Below, in pieces: positions 31,294 through 34,311 of a stretch of DNA of 34,311 nucleotides. Within the stretch, counting starts at the first letter, position 1, and the number at the start of each line of letters is the position of its first letter. The notes under the pieces were generated by a model. That model was not told the origin of the DNA. It made no database searches and was given only the letters and a program-made list of their open reading frames with translations. The position numbers were made by a program, and so were the translations under genes. The stretch comes from a virus (Duplodnaviria; Caudoviricetes), in the IMG/VR virus record IMGVR_UViG_3300027689_000041, positions 1-34,311 of that record. One strand, 5' to 3'.

Positions 31294-31527
31294 TTAATTT
31301 GATTTGCCAATCCAATGGGACACATAGCCCATTGCACTAGATATGGCAGACACCAGCGCCATGCCAGCCCAGAACCCGCCTCGACCCTGATTGGCAAGGG
31401 CAACCAGTTGTTCTAGCTGGCCTTCCATCTTGGTCATCTTCTTGTCCATGTCATCAAATCGGCGCTCGTAGTCCTCGACCTTTTGCCAGAGTACGCCATA
31501 TTTAACAAGGTCAATGTCTGCCATCAT
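31294..31527 (-). CDS. Small coiled-coil plus TM protein (XhlA/holin-like)
   Basis: Heptad N-half; C-terminal GGFWAGMALVSAISSAMGYV. Confidence 0.6.
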   Translation of the reverse strand: MMADIDLVKYGVLWQKVEDYERRFDDMDKKMTKMEGQLEQLVALANQGRGGFWAGMALVSAISSAMGYVSHWIGKSN

Positions 31528-33785
31528 TGCCCCGTTTGTTTTGTGCCAGCACCAGTTTCTAAGGCTTTTTCAGTTTCTTTTGTTGCCTTGTATTGCTGAA
31601 CTCTGCTGCGAATCATTGACCCGATTGGTATGCCCATCTTGCCACCGCCAACAATGTTTGCGCCCTGTTCCATTGCATAAGCCGCTTTGTCTGCCATAGC
31701 ACCGACCAAGGTGTTGGAGTTATTGACAAACGCCCCACGGGGTTGGGCTTGGGTGTACCGCGCCACATTTCCCAAGGTTTTTAATTGGCTTGCCGCTTCT
31801 GGGTTAAAGATTTCTTGCAGATTTTTAACATCATCAAGTTTCTTCAACGCTTTGTTATAGCCAGATTGTTGGAAGTTGCCTGTTTCATCAACGATGCCAG
31901 CTTTGTCCTTTAGCCAGTTCACAGTTCCCGCCGCCATATGCTGATGGGCTGGTGAATCTTTGCCAAGGTTTTGCACCATCGTATTGATGTTTTTGTTGAC
32001 CCCATTGATCACAAACTTGTCAATGTACTTGTCAGCAGGAACAAGATCATCCACTGCGGCTTTATATGCTGGGTCTTTTTCAAGCATTTGAAAACGGTCA
32101 CGGGCTGCTTTTCGGGCTTGGTCTGCCAAAGGTTTAAGACGCTGTGCGCTTTCTTGCAAAGGCAACTTTTCTAATTCCTCAATCATGAATGATGCGGCTT
32201 TACGTTCTGCGCCATCTTTTGCGGTTCGTGCAATATCGCCTAAGTTGCGTCTTAAAGATAAGTAATCTTCAAACGTCATATTGTTATCTTTAGCCAATCT
32301 TTGCAATTCGCTAAATTGGCCTTTAGGCGCTTCATTTGACAACAACTCTTTTTTAAGCTTGATTTCTATGTTTTGCAATAGCTTGGGCGCATCCACAGGA
32401 AATTGACCACCAGCGGCATCACGCAAAGCCTGATACTTGGCATTAATGCCTTGGTTTAAGTTGGCATCCATTGATTTGTACGCATCAATGATGCCTTGAC
32501 TGTTTTCAATGGTTTTTGTGCCATATACATCAGGCGCGGCTTTTTCCCGAATCAATCCAAGATTTTCAACCAATTGCCCATTTTGCTCATTGAACCGCTG
32601 TGCAAGTGATGGGTCTTTGCCTCGGCGGTTTTGCTCGTTGGACAGTTTGACAATATCGCCTGTGGCTTGTCCCTCTGTCAATCGAACAGGAACAGGCAAT
32701 GTGTCTGCCTCAATGTGCCGTTGCAACGTTGGAAGATTGACTTTTTCGGGCGGTATGTTTGCCAATGCTTTTTGCAGTTCTGGCGTTGCAACCGACAATG
32801 CTTGTTTAATAGTTGCGGCATCTGGAACTGCCGCCGCCCCCATGCTGACCATTCTAGGTTGTGCGGGTTGTCCAGGCGCTTGCCCAGGCTTGACCACTTG
32901 CAACTCGGCTGCGGCTTGCTTGATTGGTGTGGTGACAGCTTGTACCGTTTCTTTCACAACAGGGGCAACTTCTTTAATTGCTTGCGGCACAGCAACAGAC
33001 CCAATGACCACCATGTTTTTAATGTCTTGTTCGGGTATGCCTGTCTTTTCAGAAATCTGTTTGGGTGTCATGCCCAATTGTTCAGCCATCTTTTTGACTT
33101 GCTCAACAATTGGCTCAGTAACACCGCCCAATGGCTTTTGATATGTTTCTTTACCAGTAAGGCCAAAGAATTTGCCCACGGGCTTGTCAATGCTTGCGGC
33201 GGCGGCTTGCCCTGTTTGCTCTGCCCGTTCGGGGCTTTGCGCTGTCCTTGCCAATCCTTGTACAAACGCACCATACGTTGCAGGAACAACTCCATAAAGG
33301 GTATCAATAGCGCCAGCGACACGCTCGGGCATATCGCGCTTGGTTTCTAACGCACCTTTTAAGAACTTGCCAACCAATTGGCGCATACCACTTGGTTCGG
33401 CGGTTTGTTCGGGAGTTGCTTGCGTGGTTGCTTTAGTGGTTTCAGTTGTTGGGGCAGTAGATTCCCAAAGATCAGCAAAAGATGTACCTTGTGGCGTGGC
33501 TTGTGGTTGCGCCATAGCTTGGGCGGCTGGTGCAACAGGTGCAGCCATAGGTGCGCCTTTGCTTGCTGGTGAACGGGATATTTCCCTGGTCAGACCAGCT
33601 ATGTCTGCCTCTAATCGCAGTTTCTGTTTTGGGTCAGTTGCCTTGGCTAATCCCGCTTGTGCTTTTTTTAATTCAGCTTGCAAAATAGCCAAAGACCCCT
33701 GATCTCGCTTGGCTTGCACATCAGGGGCTATGCGATTAGGGGAAACGTCTGCTGGCGCATCCCAAAGTTCAGCGAGTGTTGCCAT
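31524..33785 (-). CDS. Large DNA ejection protein, P22 gp16 position
   Basis: 753 aa, helical A/Q/K-rich; LTEGQATG and VNNSNT motifs; third of three ejection genes. Confidence 0.7.
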   Translation of the reverse strand: MATLAELWDAPADVSPNRIAPDVQAKRDQGSLAILQAELKKAQAGLAKATDPKQKLRLEADIAGLTREISRSPASKGAPMAAPVAPAAQAMAQPQATPQGTSFADLWESTAPTTETTKATTQATPEQTAEPSGMRQLVGKFLKGALETKRDMPERVAGAIDTLYGVVPATYGAFVQGLARTAQSPERAEQTGQAAAASIDKPVGKFFGLTGKETYQKPLGGVTEPIVEQVKKMAEQLGMTPKQISEKTGIPEQDIKNMVVIGSVAVPQAIKEVAPVVKETVQAVTTPIKQAAAELQVVKPGQAPGQPAQPRMVSMGAAAVPDAATIKQALSVATPELQKALANIPPEKVNLPTLQRHIEADTLPVPVRLTEGQATGDIVKLSNEQNRRGKDPSLAQRFNEQNGQLVENLGLIREKAAPDVYGTKTIENSQGIIDAYKSMDANLNQGINAKYQALRDAAGGQFPVDAPKLLQNIEIKLKKELLSNEAPKGQFSELQRLAKDNNMTFEDYLSLRRNLGDIARTAKDGAERKAASFMIEELEKLPLQESAQRLKPLADQARKAARDRFQMLEKDPAYKAAVDDLVPADKYIDKFVINGVNKNINTMVQNLGKDSPAHQHMAAGTVNWLKDKAGIVDETGNFQQSGYNKALKKLDDVKNLQEIFNPEAASQLKTLGNVARYTQAQPRGAFVNNSNTLVGAMADKAAYAMEQGANIVGGGKMGIPIGSMIRSRVQQYKATKETEKALETGAGTKQTGQ

Positions 33786-34311
33786 TATGGAATTATCCCC
33801 AACTGTTTGGCTTGCCTAATCTTTGCACTCATTTCAGCTTGTTGTGCTGGTGTCATAGACTTTCTGAGTTTTTCCACATCTTCTCTAGACATATCTTGGA
33901 ACAAACGTGGGTCAGCTAAACTGTTGAATTGCTGTTGTCTTTGTGAATACTGTGCGGCATCATTTTGAACAGGCGACAAGAAGTTTGCCCTAGCCATTTT
34001 CATTTTTTCAATGCCAATCATTTGGTCAGCAATTGCCAAAATAGCTTTTTCGTTTAGCTTTTTATTAGGCGTGGCAACCTCTGCCAATGCCCGTGCAGCA
34101 TCTGTATTGCCACCAGCAAGGGCAAGCAATGCAGAGTTCTTTGCCAATTCTTCAGTGCTGATTTTTTCGGCTTCATATGCTGGTATTCCAATTGCGTTAA
34201 GAATACCCGCAGCCAATTCTTTGCGCTGACCGCCAACCCCAGTAAATGAATCTGGGGCAAATTTCTTGATGTTTTGGAATATGGTGATGCGGGGCTGGGC
34301 ATCCCTTGCAT
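33785..34311 (-). CDS. 3' part of the gp20-position ejection protein (continues from 1..985)
   Basis: Frame open from the window end (DARDAQPRITIFQNIKKFAPDSFTGVGGQRKELAAGILNAIG...) to TAA at 33785; joined length 503 aa. Confidence 0.75.
   Translation of the reverse strand, partial: ARDAQPRITIFQNIKKFAPDSFTGVGGQRKELAAGILNAIGIPAYEAEKISTEELAKNSALLALAGGNTDAARALAEVATPNKKLNEKAILAIADQMIGIEKMKMARANFLSPVQNDAAQYSQRQQQFNSLADPRLFQDMSREDVEKLRKSMTPAQQAEMSAKIRQAKQLGIIP

Overview
The window appears to be a complete, circularly permuted 34.3-kb genome of a short-tailed (P22-like morphogenesis) dsDNA phage. The minus-strand ORF that runs off position 1 continues in frame at 34311. A divergent control region at about 24800-24900 carries only a Cro-like repressor and two 14-bp operator-like palindromes. 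I see no cI, integrase, polymerase, primase, helicase, tRNA or CRISPR array. The + strand early arm (24906-29860) encodes ERF, a YqaJ exonuclease, a putative SSB and many small ORFs. The - strand arm runs cro, a structured leader RNA, a DUF1376 replication initiator with internal iterons, HNH-AP2, nin-like nucleases, a non-coding cassette of two abutting three-way-junction RNAs plus terminator, and a late operon. The late operon comprises ferritin-like, 4-Cys, GroES-like and small basic proteins, ParB-methyltransferase, terminase, portal, scaffold, coat, a multi-gene fibre/tailspike block, gp4/gp10-like tail proteins, three ejection proteins and lysis genes. The gene families resemble those I associate with freshwater betaproteobacterial phages (inference). 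The most intriguing signals are non-coding: the tandem structured-RNA cassette at 21434-21590, the C4-like leader at 24567-24631, the Cro-only switch and several leaderless promoters. All family calls are by motif recognition and synteny, without database searches.
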